64,000 nt of DNA from the human T2T-CHM13v2.0 reference genome, Homo sapiens, in contig CP068257.2 of assembly GCA_009914755.4 (NCBI GenBank), positions 20,448,001 through 20,512,000 of the forward strand, in the 5' to 3' direction. Below the pieces are notes generated by a model, which did not search any database, was not told where the DNA came from, and saw only the letters and a program-made list of their open reading frames with translations. Both the position numbers and the translations under genes were made by a program. This document shows positions 52,101-64,000 of this stretch, one piece after another. The first letter of the stretch is position 1. Every line of letters begins with the position of its first letter.

Positions 52101-54639
52101 TTCAATTTAATCTAGTCTCCACCTACTGTAATTAAAGGCCGTAACTGGAAATATAGTCATTGATAAATGTGTGCTAGGAAAAGAGGGCTGTGTCTGCTGA
52201 TTGTTTTGTAATTAATCACCGTGGTGAGAAGCTACAATATTGTTATACTCAAATCTTCAGGTATGATCTTCAGCTAAATAATATATGACTCCAAGGATGT
52301 TAAATAATTTAATGTTCAAATGATCTATTTCAATCAAGAGTTATCACAAAAGCCAATAATGGGGAGTGCTTTCAAATCAAGAGCTCAAATGCTAATTAGA
52401 AGATATGCAATAAGAGCCCAGAAAAAAGACGATTGCATTTGGTATAGAAATCATGCAAAAGCAGTTTTCATACAGTTACGAGGGGTGAAAGGGCTTCCAG
52501 AGAGAATCTGAGACAAGTGATTAAGTAGAAGTGCTATTTCCCCTGCCATGAATGGAAAGACAGAAATGGAATGGCAGCCAGAGTAGGGTGTATTTGAGTC
52601 TTTGCTTGCTATGTCCTCTGAGAACAGCTAGAGCATATTTATATGTTGCTGATGGGAATTTTCCAGTGAAAATGGCCATTGGGAATTAATGACAGTGGGG
52701 GGGGGGGGGGTCGAAATGCTGAAGTCAAGTTTTTGCAAAAGGTATAGAGTGTGGAAAACAAAAAATAATTTAATGAATGTGTTGTCCTTACATAAGAACA
52801 ATAAGACCATAGTAAACACATCACTTTGTAAAAATATAAACATACATATTATCACTACAAAAGCCTAGGCTGATGATTTGAAGTGTGATAATGAACAAGA
52901 TTCGTTTGACAGCTCCTATTTTCTCATTAAGGTAAGAGGCCTTCGGAAAAATGTATGCGTAGGATTACTGGCATATTTAAAGCACATTTTAAATAAAAAT
53001 TATATATTTTACACTAGTTCTTCATATGATGAGAGCTTTAAAAATAGGAAAATATTTAACAAGATAATACTTATTTTTAGTCTGTGAAATCATTTCCTGT
53101 AAGCTCTGAAGCAGAGATAATTATGTTCCACTACAAAAGGAGTTATTTGCTCTCCTGTTAATGTGGGTAAGAGATTTCCAGGGTTTTTGTAGGTTTCTTA
53201 TTTTCCTTTAAAAGTGAAAACAAATATATAGCATTTTTTTCTTAGTCCTCTTACTGAGGACTTCTAGCATGCCCTTGGTTATACAAATACATAATTGAGA
53301 CGTATAGCAGACACTTCACTTAAACACAGATTGGTTGTAGGCATAAGTAATCTGCAATATTTTTATAAATCCTAAACCAGCAAGCATAGTCATATATTCA
53401 TAAAAAGTGAAGCAGCTAAGAAAACATGGGCAACAATATTTTCAACTAAAATATCATGCAACACGATGGTTTTTGAGTAATTATCAGAGACTGATACAAG
53501 GGAAGTATTCTCTTAATCAGAGAGTTTTGATTAATTTAATCACACTTTCACTGTGCCTATGAAAATAATGTCTCCACTGGTGTTCTAATTTGAAACAACA
53601 GACTCTTTTTATTATTGAATGAAAGGTACCAGTCATAATGATAGTATTATGGCTGAATATTCAGTCCTGAAAAGTAATATGACAGAAATAATAAAGTTGA
53701 TTACCAAAAAAGGAAAGTGAACATTCACTGACATATATTCACCTGGCAAAATAATAGTCATCACTAGCCAGTGATGAAGAAAGACATTGTCCAATTAAAT
53801 ATACTGTTTTTGGTTCTGAGTCTGTTGAATGCCAATTATTTTTGTCCCGTTTGTAGATATATCACACATTCGGAGCATAAATACATTTCTTTAAAATAAT
53901 TTTATATGTCAATATTTATACATTGTTACTATTTACTAGATTATCAACTTTATTTCCCTCCCTATTCTCGACTATGTTTATGTTGTTTTCATGTTATGTC
54001 ATTAACTATTCACAAAGCTGATTAAAATAAACTGATTCTAAAACAGATTTACAGCTATATGAGTCACTTATTTTTAATCTAGAAAACATAAATACATGCC
54101 CTCCAGAAGACACGGTAGTTTATTGACACAAGGAAATGCCGGTGGGATCTTTAAAGTGTATGCAGATCTAAATCCAGGCACATCAAAACCCAGGTGTTGA
54201 AATGCTATGATTCCTGGTGCCCCACCTCAAGGCCAGTGGCTGAATTTTGATGTGGAGAAGGTATTAACTAAAATCGAGTGGACATGTAGAAAGCATTAAT
54301 TTGAATTTGGGATGATGCATGGAGCCAGGAGGCAAACAAAAGGAAGAATTTACCTTCCAGAATCTCTAGACTGGCACAACACTTACCAAGAAATCACATG
54401 ATTGATTTTGTCCTGTTCTTTTAGCACAGTGAAGGGTAGGGTCCCCAGCACCCAGAAGTGGCTTCCCACTCCTTATCCACGAATACTCTGGTTCCCTGTC
54501 AATGGCTTCTAATTCAAACATCCCTAAAGGTCTATTCTAAACAGTATGTTTTTTTTCCAAGTCAAATGATCAGAATATTTCTTCATGCATTCTAAGCACA
54601 TCTAGCCAGCAATTATGCCAGACACCATGGGAATTTTGT

Positions 54640-55130
54640 AGTTTGGGCATTCTCATCAAACTTGTAAGCAGTGACACAGCCAACAGACTTCTCATCACTG
54701 TGATGGTTAATACTGAGTGTCAACTTGATTGCATTGAAGGATGCAAAGTATTGTTCCTGGGTATAATTGTGAGGGTGTTGCCAAAGGAGATTAAATTTGA
54801 GTCAGCAGACTGGGAAAGGAAACCCACCCTCAATCTGGGTGGCCACAATCTAATTAGCTGCCAGCGCAGCCAGAATAAAAGCAGGCAGAAGAACCTGAAA
54901 AGACTAGACTGGCTTAGCCTCCCAGGCTACATCTTTCTCCCGTGTTGGATGTTTCCTGCTCTCGAACATCACACTCCAAGTTCTTCAGCTTTGGGACTCA
55001 GAATGGCTTCCTTGATTCTCAGCTTGCAGACAGCCTATTGTGGGACCTCACCTTGTGATTGTGTTGAGTTAATACTCCTTAATAAATTCCCCTTTATACA
55101 TATACATTTATCCTATTAATTCTGCCCTCT
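54640..55130 (+). repeat. High-copy mammalian interspersed repeat carrying a consensus-like ORF (MVNTECQLD.IEGCKVLFLG...); family name uncertain
   Basis: ORF 54643-55119 (158 aa, ...VMVNTECQLDCIEGCKVLFLGIIVRVLPKEIKFESADWERKPTLNLGGHNLISCQRSQNKSRQKNLKRLDWLSLPGYIFLPCWMFPALEHHTPSSSALGLR...) matches a repeat-derived sequence I have seen at very many mammalian loci and in ESTs. The ending ...ccccttatat...atcctattaattctg..ctctagagaa.cctgactaatac is also typical. Confidence 0.4.
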
Positions 55131-56689
55131 AGAGAATCCTGACTAATACAATCACCTTCATCATTGTCTCATTTCTGGACTTCAGCTTCTTTTTTTTTAT
55201 CAAAACATGGGAGTTCAAATCTCTATGTCATTGAAGATATTAAGGAAGGTAAAACTATTCTGCCCCAATAGTTAGGCCATTGCCTTCACCAACAGATTGA
55301 CAATCAGCTGGCTCTTGTCAGATTTAGCTACACTTATTAGGGCTGCGAAGAATTGCTCTGGGCTCTTGGAAGACTTAACAAATTCACCTTCTCCTTTATC
55401 AAGAAACAACTTGCTTTCTATAGCATGTTTATTCCTACTATGAAACCGTGACTAGGAGAGAAAGTCCATAAACATTTTTTTTTCCGAAAAATCTCTCGCT
55501 TGGAAAGTGGGACTAGGTATGCTTCCTTTTGGGCAGTTTCAAATTTATTTTTATTTCTGGAAGCATTTTTGACCTGGAAGCATCCTCTGCATGAAAACAG
55601 AAGTTCTCAGACAGGATGAAAAGAAAGCAGATAAGTCAGCACTGGGTTTCTCCACTTATGGGCCCAACAAATCTTTCAGGAACATAAAATGCCTGCTTAG
55701 CAGGTATTTGAGAGAGAGAGTAATGCTTCCTTCAGGCATAGAAATACCATCAACCTGATCCAGTAGGTTCACAGGGACGATTAACTTGCCTTTATTAACT
55801 AAATGAAAACATTTATCTACTAGTTGTTATCACAGTACATTAGAGGAAAGTTGAATTTTGCTTTTATGTTGTCCATTCTAAACTTGTTAGAAAATGACAA
55901 CTAGGCATTGGAGGAAGCTCCATTATTCACCCAAGAAGACAATATGAATTTGCAGGTTCACAAAAGGGCATTTACCCTGAGTTGATTATTCTACATTGTA
56001 TACATGTATGAAAATATCACAGGTACTGCAATGTAACCTAAAATTATGTGCAACTGTGATATTTTAATAAAAATCTAAAAATGTCAAAATATCCATAAAT
56101 ATATGCAAGTCTATTATCTACATTATTATTGCTTAAACTATTGGTGATAAAACATTATGTTTGTGTTTGTAATTTTGTCTTTTATTTGCATTCTGTTATG
56201 GCCAAATACTTTTGTAAAATATTAGAAATAATGAATTACTAAAATTAAAACACAAATTCATATAAAAAGGCATTTATGCTGAGAATGTCCAATCATTATT
56301 ACTGTGCACACATATACAGACACACACGCATATGTATTTCAAGTAAGCCTTTAATATGCCCATATAATTCTATTATTTTCTTTTTTTAACTCAAATGGCA
56401 TATTCATTTGAAATTGTATTTCAATGATATACGATTAATGAAGAGAAGAGATTGTGGATTGCCATATATCCTATCATGTCCCAGAAGGTAGTCATTTGTG
56501 ACTATTTTCCTGGCATATTTATTATAATGCCAATTTTTACTCTCAGGAGAGTCACAGTTTAGATGATAAATAGATACGGTTCGTTGAAGTTAAGGTGATG
56601 CAACTTTCTGAAATGTAACATGGGAGAGGTGGGTGAGTTGGAATTGACCAGATTCTAGGATTTTCTTTTTAAGAGTGTTACATTGGCCA

Positions 56690-57760
56690 CATTCATAGAG
56701 AAGTGGGATTTAATAAAACTAAAAAACTTCTGCACAGGAAAAAAAATAGAGTAAAAATGCAGTGCATGAAATGGGAGAAAATATTTGCAAACCATATTAT
56801 CAAAACCATGTATCATGTCAGGAGTTACTCTCCAAAATATAATATATATAAATATAAATTGCTACATCACAATAGCAAAACAAAAACAAAACAATAAATA
56901 ACCCAATTAGAAAATGGGCAAGGAATTTGAACAGACAATTCTCCAAAGAAGAAATACAAATGGGCAACAAGTAAAAAAAAGGTGCTTAACATCACTAATC
57001 ATCAGGAAAATGCAAATCAAAACCACAAGAACATATCACCTCACAGCTATCAGGATGATTGTTATTACAAAGAAGGAAAAAAAAAAGTGTTGGTAAGGAT
57101 GTGGAGAAATTGGAACCCTTTTACACTGTTGGTGGGAATGTAAAATGATGCAGCCACTATGAAAAACCCTGTAAGTTTCTTCAAAAAACTAAAAACAGAA
57201 CAACCATATAATCCAGCTGTCCCACTTCTGGATATATAGCCAAAGTAATTGAAACCAGGATTTCATAGAGTTAACCCACATTCTCATATTCCTTGCACAT
57301 TATTCACAATAGTCAAGATACAGAAAAATACCCTGAATATCCGTAAGTGGATGAATATAAATAAGATGTGGTAGACATGATATGGAATATCATTCAGCTT
57401 TAACGAAGAAGGAAATTCTGCCCTACATGACAGCATGGGTGAACCTGGAGGACACTGTGCTAAGTGAAATAAGCCAGTTACAGAAAGACGAATACTGCCT
57501 AACTCCAGTTATATGAGGAATCTGAAATAAACTGATAAACACAGAATAAGACTATGGTTGTCAAGGGTTTGTGGGAGGAAAAAATGAGAAGTTGCTGTTC
57601 AACAGGTATAAAGATTCAGTTATAGAAGATGTGTAAGTTTAAAAGATCTACTGTACAATATTGTGCCTGTTAACAATACTGTTAAACCTAAAAAAAATTG
57701 TTGAGGGTACATCTCATGTTAAGTGTTCTTACCACAATAAAAAAAAATTATCTATAAAGA
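56690..57760 (+). mobile_element. Old L1 (L1M-type) 3' end: ORF2 C-terminus plus 3'UTR
   Basis: Plus-strand ORFs 56703-56897 and 56914-57096 read ...KWEKIFANHI..., NTNGQQVKKRCLTSLIIRKMQIKTTRTYHLTAIRMIVITKKEKKKCW, matching L1 ORF2p ...[48 protein letters not shown]. Continues ggtaaggatgtggagaaattggaaccc.ttacactgttggtgggaatgtaaaatgatgcagccactatg... Confidence 0.7.
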
Positions 57761-58081
57761 CGGTTGAGCCTGGAGCGAAGAAATACATAACAAATCATGT
57801 CTGGAAGCATTTAATAAATTAGGGAGTGTCAGAGAGGTATGTGGAGGTAGAGAAGATGATATAGATTTTTTTTTCTTAATTTGATAATGGAATAATGGTC
57901 ATGAAATAAGACTAGTGAGAAAGTAAGACAACAAATCTACCTTGCAGTCCTCAGGTGTAAGAGAGAGGGAATAAGGAATACCATTTAGGAGGACTTCAAA
58001 AAAAAAAGATTTCCTTGGAGAAGAGCTAAGCTTCAGTTAAGGTAAACTGGCAGAACATAGCAGTTTAAAATAACAGCTTAA

Positions 58082-58400
<319 letters not shown>

Positions 58401-60734
58401 GACAGTTTAAGATATTACCGTAATTCCTGGATAAGAAGCACCAGTTACAAAGGACAGTAAAAGAATTCTCGCTGTAGGAAGATGGAGATAAAATGAAGGA
58501 ACAACTAGAAATGGGAGAAGATAGTAAGTGGAAATGCTAATGCAGTGGATCATAGATCTGTATCTCTGCATGTGTGCTTCGTTCTTTGTATTGTACTTTA
58601 AGAAGTCACAAATAGTACTCAAGTTGTAAGAATATTAATCATCTTAGCAAAAGAGTCTTGCAGTACTGGGATTTATACACAACAAAGAAACACATGGGGG
58701 GGGGGGGTTAATCCAGCTGGTATGTATAAGAAGTTTATAAAAATTGAATTAATAATTGTGTAGTTTTGAACACTGTGATAATATAATTTGTACATATATA
58801 AGAGAAAATCCGATGAGAATAGAGCCATGACAAGGCTGAATATGTAGCAAACAAGGTGTCTATGATAACAAACTCTACATGTATTAAAATAAAATGATTT
58901 CAAACAAAATGAACAGATACAGCCCTGGAAACTTCCCTGAGGGGAGTACTGGCGGGAATCTAGAGGAATCTGAATGAGAACAAAACAGAGAATGATTTAT
59001 TATTATTATTTTATCTATTTGAATGACTTTGTAGAACCACATATTTGTGTCTGATAACACCAGAGAAACTGAAAAGTTTCTTCCAAGTTTTCCAGTAATG
59101 ACCATGAACTTAATAAACTATGTAGTGACATACATTTGTATTTTGAACGATTTCTTACTAGTTAATACCATTTCTTGCAGAATGTTGTGTAATGGTTTAG
59201 AGAGAAACAGCCTTTTTGTGGCTTCTGCTAGTTGAGCTGGGATTCAAGTGTTCAAGTCATCCAACCTCATTTTCTCTTTCCATGTTATTGCCTATGAAAG
59301 ATATGTTATTGTTTCTTCTGATGCCCAAATAGCAGATCTATGCATACAGTGCAGTGTTAACTGATTTAGGTAGCTTTCCATCTCAGCATATAAGTATCAC
59401 TTCAGGGAGTAGGAGAATATGGAGTTCTTTTTGATGGTACATGTGTGTTAAATTGATATTGTTCTGGTAATGGCACACTATAGCCATGAACTCTGTCCAT
59501 ATTACCCTCTTCCATCAAGAATGGATGACACTATTCACAGATAAAAGGGAAAGGATCAAAATCATGATATATTTGGACCCAGTAGTCTCTTGAAAAAGGC
59601 AGGGTAGAGGTCAGAACACTTATTTCAATTGAACAAAGTCTACATTTTCGGAATGCTGCTATAAACCAGATGTCATATCAGTAACTGTCTTGAAAGAAGT
59701 GTGGAAATGTATAACAGCTATGAAAAGAGATATTCGTATTAAAGGAAATATTTAGAAACATACGCCTGAGATACTATTGTCTTTAGTCTTAAAAAATTGC
59801 TTAAGTAAAATTAAAGTAACTAACTACCTAAGTGAGCACAATTTTGAAAGAGAGGGATCTCTATTGTTATGTAATAAATTAAGGGAAAGCACCAAATGGG
59901 AACTAGAAGGTAGAAAATGTTATCAATATATTTGAATATTGTAAGTAGAAATAAAAATCAATTAGTCATATTTTAACAAACCAATTAAAGTAAGCCTTAA
60001 AGAAAAAAAAGCATGTGTTTAAATTTTTAAAGGCAAGTTTCTGACAAAACTCCCTATATAGAAGGTTATAATTTTTTTTTAAAAGTCACAATGTAAAACT
60101 ACATTGACAGCCAAAACACATATATTTTAACATGTAAATAAATCTATTACCCATTTCAACAGTGATATACCAAAGAAAGAACTCATTAGCCATTTTTCAT
60201 AGACTAGTCAAACATGTTAAAATGCTATCATTCCGTATTTGCAAGTTGGCCTGTAGAAATATACTGAAGATTTTTTTAAAAGAAGATTGAATTTAATTCA
60301 AATAACTCATTTTAATTTAAATGAAACTAATATAAATCAATCATCATAAAACAGATTGAAATTTCACTGTTAACCATGCTCATAATTCAACTTACATTTA
60401 ATTTAGAAGAAATAATAGTCAAATTTGTGGTTATTTAAAAAAATCTAGAGTTTAATATAGCGTAGAATGCATAAAAATTTTTTTCTTTCACGCTCATTAT
60501 ATGACTAAACAAAATTTATACAGAACATTTCTTTAGTTCTTTATTTTCTTTTCGTGCAATTTTCATATTTGTTTCATTGATTTGTACTGCATTTACCAAA
60601 GGATAAGTTTTTTTAGAAGTGCAAACCATTTACCATTAGTTTTGGTATCAAGAAAATTAAATCTCACCCCCTTCACTGTACTTGTATTCATTTACCCACA
60701 GTTGAAATTGAAGTAAAAAATTACAATGTTGCAA

Positions 60735-60895
60735 GCCAGGCATGGCGGTGCATGCCTGTAGATCCAGCTACTCTGGAGTCTGAGGCAGGAGACTTAAGTT
60801 GAGGAGTTTGGAGCTGTAGCTCCTATGATTGTGCCTGTAAAAAGCCACTCCACTCCAACCTGGACAATATCGCAAGAATCTGTGTCAAAATATCA
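60735..60895 (+). mobile_element. Old Alu right-arm / free right monomer fragment
   Basis: agccaggcatggcggtgcatgcctgtagatccagctactctggagtctgaggcaggagacttaagttgaggagtttggagctgtagctcctatgattgtgcctgtaaaaagccactccactccaacctggacaatatcgcaagaatctgtgtcaaaa. Confidence 0.6.
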
Positions 60896-63800
60896 CAGAT
60901 ACAATTCCTTAAAAATAATTTACTATGTCATGATTTCTCCACATTTTACATAAGACTTAGAGCTACCTTAAGTTAAAGGTAGCAAACAGTTATATCATAA
61001 CTCATTTTCATGAAGCTTTAGGACTTCATCCTTTTATCACTGCAATAATTTTAAGTTATAAGTCATTTTTTGAATAATATAGTATATTTGCTTATTGATT
61101 TTTAAAATGCACGCTACTTGTAGATTTCTTCTTGCATTAGAAATGAACGATCTGGTGACCACTGGATGTGGTAAATGAGGAAAACTTCAAAAGTAACTAA
61201 TAAGTAATAGATTAACATAATAATAATAAAACCTTCCCCATTTCCAAATTCCAGTGGAAATACTTACAAACACAGACCAAACATAAATGTTTAACTATGT
61301 CTATGCATGTGTAAATTTGGATAAACACTAGTAAAAATATTGATAAAAGATCATATATTCAGAAATTGGAGGTGTTTCTACATCTTGATTAAACTAACAG
61401 GGGATACTGTTGACTCTTTCAAAAATAACAGTTTTAAAATAAGGAGCCTACATTTCCAGTTTAAGACAATGAACTGATCAAATGGTTCAAAACATCAGTA
61501 ACAATTATTGCATACAAAAAGGAATATTTTGAAAACGTATGGAATAGAGGTGACAGCAATTGTCCGGAGTTCCATAAATTTCTGGAAAACAGGAGAAATT
61601 TGGCGTCCCATGATCAATAAACTCATGCTGAGTGGGCCCCATTTTAGAACATGTAAAGGAGAAGAATCTGTGTTGGAACTGGATAATAAGGGTTGTAGAA
61701 ATCAAGATAATTGACTTATGGACTGTTACAAAATTTGAGGTACCCTAGGTTTAGATTGGAAAATTATTTTATAAGAACTATTAAGATATCTAACTTGGAT
61801 TGGTATATTTCTGCTGGAAAGTCAATACCCATGCTGTATTCTCCTTATTATGACACGTGTTTGTTTGTGACCCAATTTACATCTTTAAAATAATCATTAT
61901 AACATGTTTAGGCACATGTACCTGCTGAAAATGAACCATATGAAGGAGGAAGAATTAGCAGAGGAATGGAGTGATAGCCAGTACTGTCAGCCTTCAGTAT
62001 CCATGGGGGATTGGTTCCAGGAACCTACAGATACCAAAATCCATGGATGCTCAAATCTCTTATATAAAATATTGTAGTAGTTACATTTAACCTATGCACA
62101 TCATCCTGTATACTTTAAATCATCTCTAGATTACTCATAACCAATACAATATAAGTGCCATGTAAACACTTATTATACTGTATTTTGTATTTTTTATTGT
62201 TATATTTTTATTTTTTTTCAAATATGATCTCTCCAGTGTTGGTGGAATCTGCAAATTCAGATGCCGTGAGTACAGAGAGTTGATTTTACTTCCATGAATC
62301 AATAGATTAATATTCATGTTCAAAACAAGTAGTCTTATAGATTTGAAGAGAATGCAAAGCAGAGCTGGAAAGTGAATGCCTCTTTGTTGTGAGTCATCAT
62401 TATTTGTCCAATATAGGTTAGTAATTTGAGTTTATTTTATAGTTTTTCTCTGCTATCCTCAGACATCAGACTCTTAATTCTTATCTCCTTTTAATTATTA
62501 CATGAGAAATATTTACAGCTTTGCTAAAGAGCTTGTGAATCATAGTGTTTGCTGAAAGCTCTAATTCAGGTTGACTACAGCGTTGACATTTTGCAAGTTA
62601 GAAATTTTCTAACTTACTTTAATTATTATAATTATTATTGTATCTTTCAAAATCAATAGATCATGCATAACTTAAAGTTACAAAAATATTAATGTAAAAC
62701 AATGTATAATTAATTTATCTATGAGATAATTTGGTGGGACTGATAAGATGTGAAAAAAACGGTGTGGGACACATTTCCTCAGTGTGTATGATGGGGTGCC
62801 AACATAAAAGACCTATTATTATTGAACTAAGATATAGATATTAAATATATTATTTGCAAGCACTAAAATTACCGCTAGAAGGTACAAACACCTTTGACAT
62901 CAGGGCTAAAATAGCTGAAGCTTACCTTTGAAAAATCAATAAATGCAATAAAAAGATATTTATCATTGTGATACTTAGAAGTATTCATCCAATGTGCTAA
63001 ACATATAAAAAGTCAAAAGTGTTCCTCCGTGTAAGGAAAAGGGTAAAGAATTAAACATTGAAAACAGGTTTTTTGGCCCTTGTTTAAAATAGTTTTTATA
63101 TTTTACTTTTATTATTTATAAAAATATAGGAAAAATCCAGATATTAAAAGGTACATAAAAGTCTGTCCAGGTCACTGTGTAGATAAAAGAAATGAGAAAT
63201 GTAAAGTTGATACTACTGAGAATGAGATAGAAATAGGAGAATTTTTAAAAACTCATACATACTGATTGTACATTTTGCTGAAGTATACGTGATATTTTGA
63301 TACATGTATACAATGGGTAATGATCAAATCAGAGTAATTGGGATATTCATTAACTCAAACATTTATCTTTTTATTCTATTAGGAATATTCCAAATCTCCT
63401 CTGGCAAAAAGAGTAGAAATATTAATTTTTGTTTATTACATATATTTTTTATACCTTCAAAAATATTTATTAAATAAAATTCCAAATATGGTATTAAATT
63501 AGATTTAAACATTCAAAATCACCAAAAAAATTTACAATTGTATAACTAAAGGTACAAATTAGTTCTATAAATACAAAAAGTATGGCAAACAATTTTGTAA
63601 TATTTCCACCCTGATCTAGAATTCCATACCTCCCACATCTCTCATTATCTTTTTTCTTAAGGTTGTTTTGGTTTTTCAAACAGCCCACATAACTTTTTCA
63701 GGATTATTTTTTTAATTGAATAAACATCTAAAGTGACAGGAACTTCCAAAAGTATAATGCTTTATCTAGAAAGGTAATTTCCATCTCTTTGAAAAATGTT

Positions 63801-64000
63801 CATGTGTTTAATTATGAAACTTGTAAAACATTCAGAAATATACTAAAAATAATGCAGCATCCAATCATGTAACAATTATGCGGATTTCAGGAAATGTTAA
63901 TATTAGATTATATTTTCTCTTTCCTATTAAGGTATATCTACTATCTTGTATTTCTTGAGTACTTATCCATATATAATTTTAAACTTTTATACAAATGTTT

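Noticed and set aside
54643-55119. Longest plus-strand ORF in the window (158 aa)
   Set aside because: The peptide (VMVNTECQLDCIEGCKVLFLG...LPCWMFPALEHHTPSSSALGLR...) is the consensus-like ORF of a very common mammalian interspersed repeat, not a host gene. There is no start or stop context and no splice signals suggesting an exon.

Overview
This window is primate (human-like) nuclear DNA, not a prokaryotic locus. It is AT-rich, gene-poor intergenic or intronic sequence dominated by nested transposable elements. Two calls are solid: an L1PA/PB-like LINE on the minus strand (7120-12095) with a complete 5'UTR but a 3' truncation, and an internally deleted class I endogenous retrovirus (~39.9-43.6 kb) whose gag pseudogene keeps a capsid major homology region. 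The other calls are repeat-level. There are at least 11 Alu elements or fragments, three of them young-looking with clean target-site duplications. There are several older L1 3' ends on both strands. A Tigger DNA-transposon remnant is split by a later L1 insertion. An AluJ is split by a MaLR (THE1/MST-type) solo LTR. Several microsatellites are present. I found no convincing host protein-coding exon, RNA gene, CRISPR array or operon. Every six-frame ORF longer than 100 aa lies inside a repeat. The most unusual non-repeat observations are three long poly-G or G-rich tracts between 52.7 and 58.7 kb, one of them replacing part of an Alu; these may be assembly artefacts. I see no candidate for a novel biological system. 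Coordinates of repeat boundaries are by eye (about +/-10-30 bp); family names are from memory of consensus sequences.
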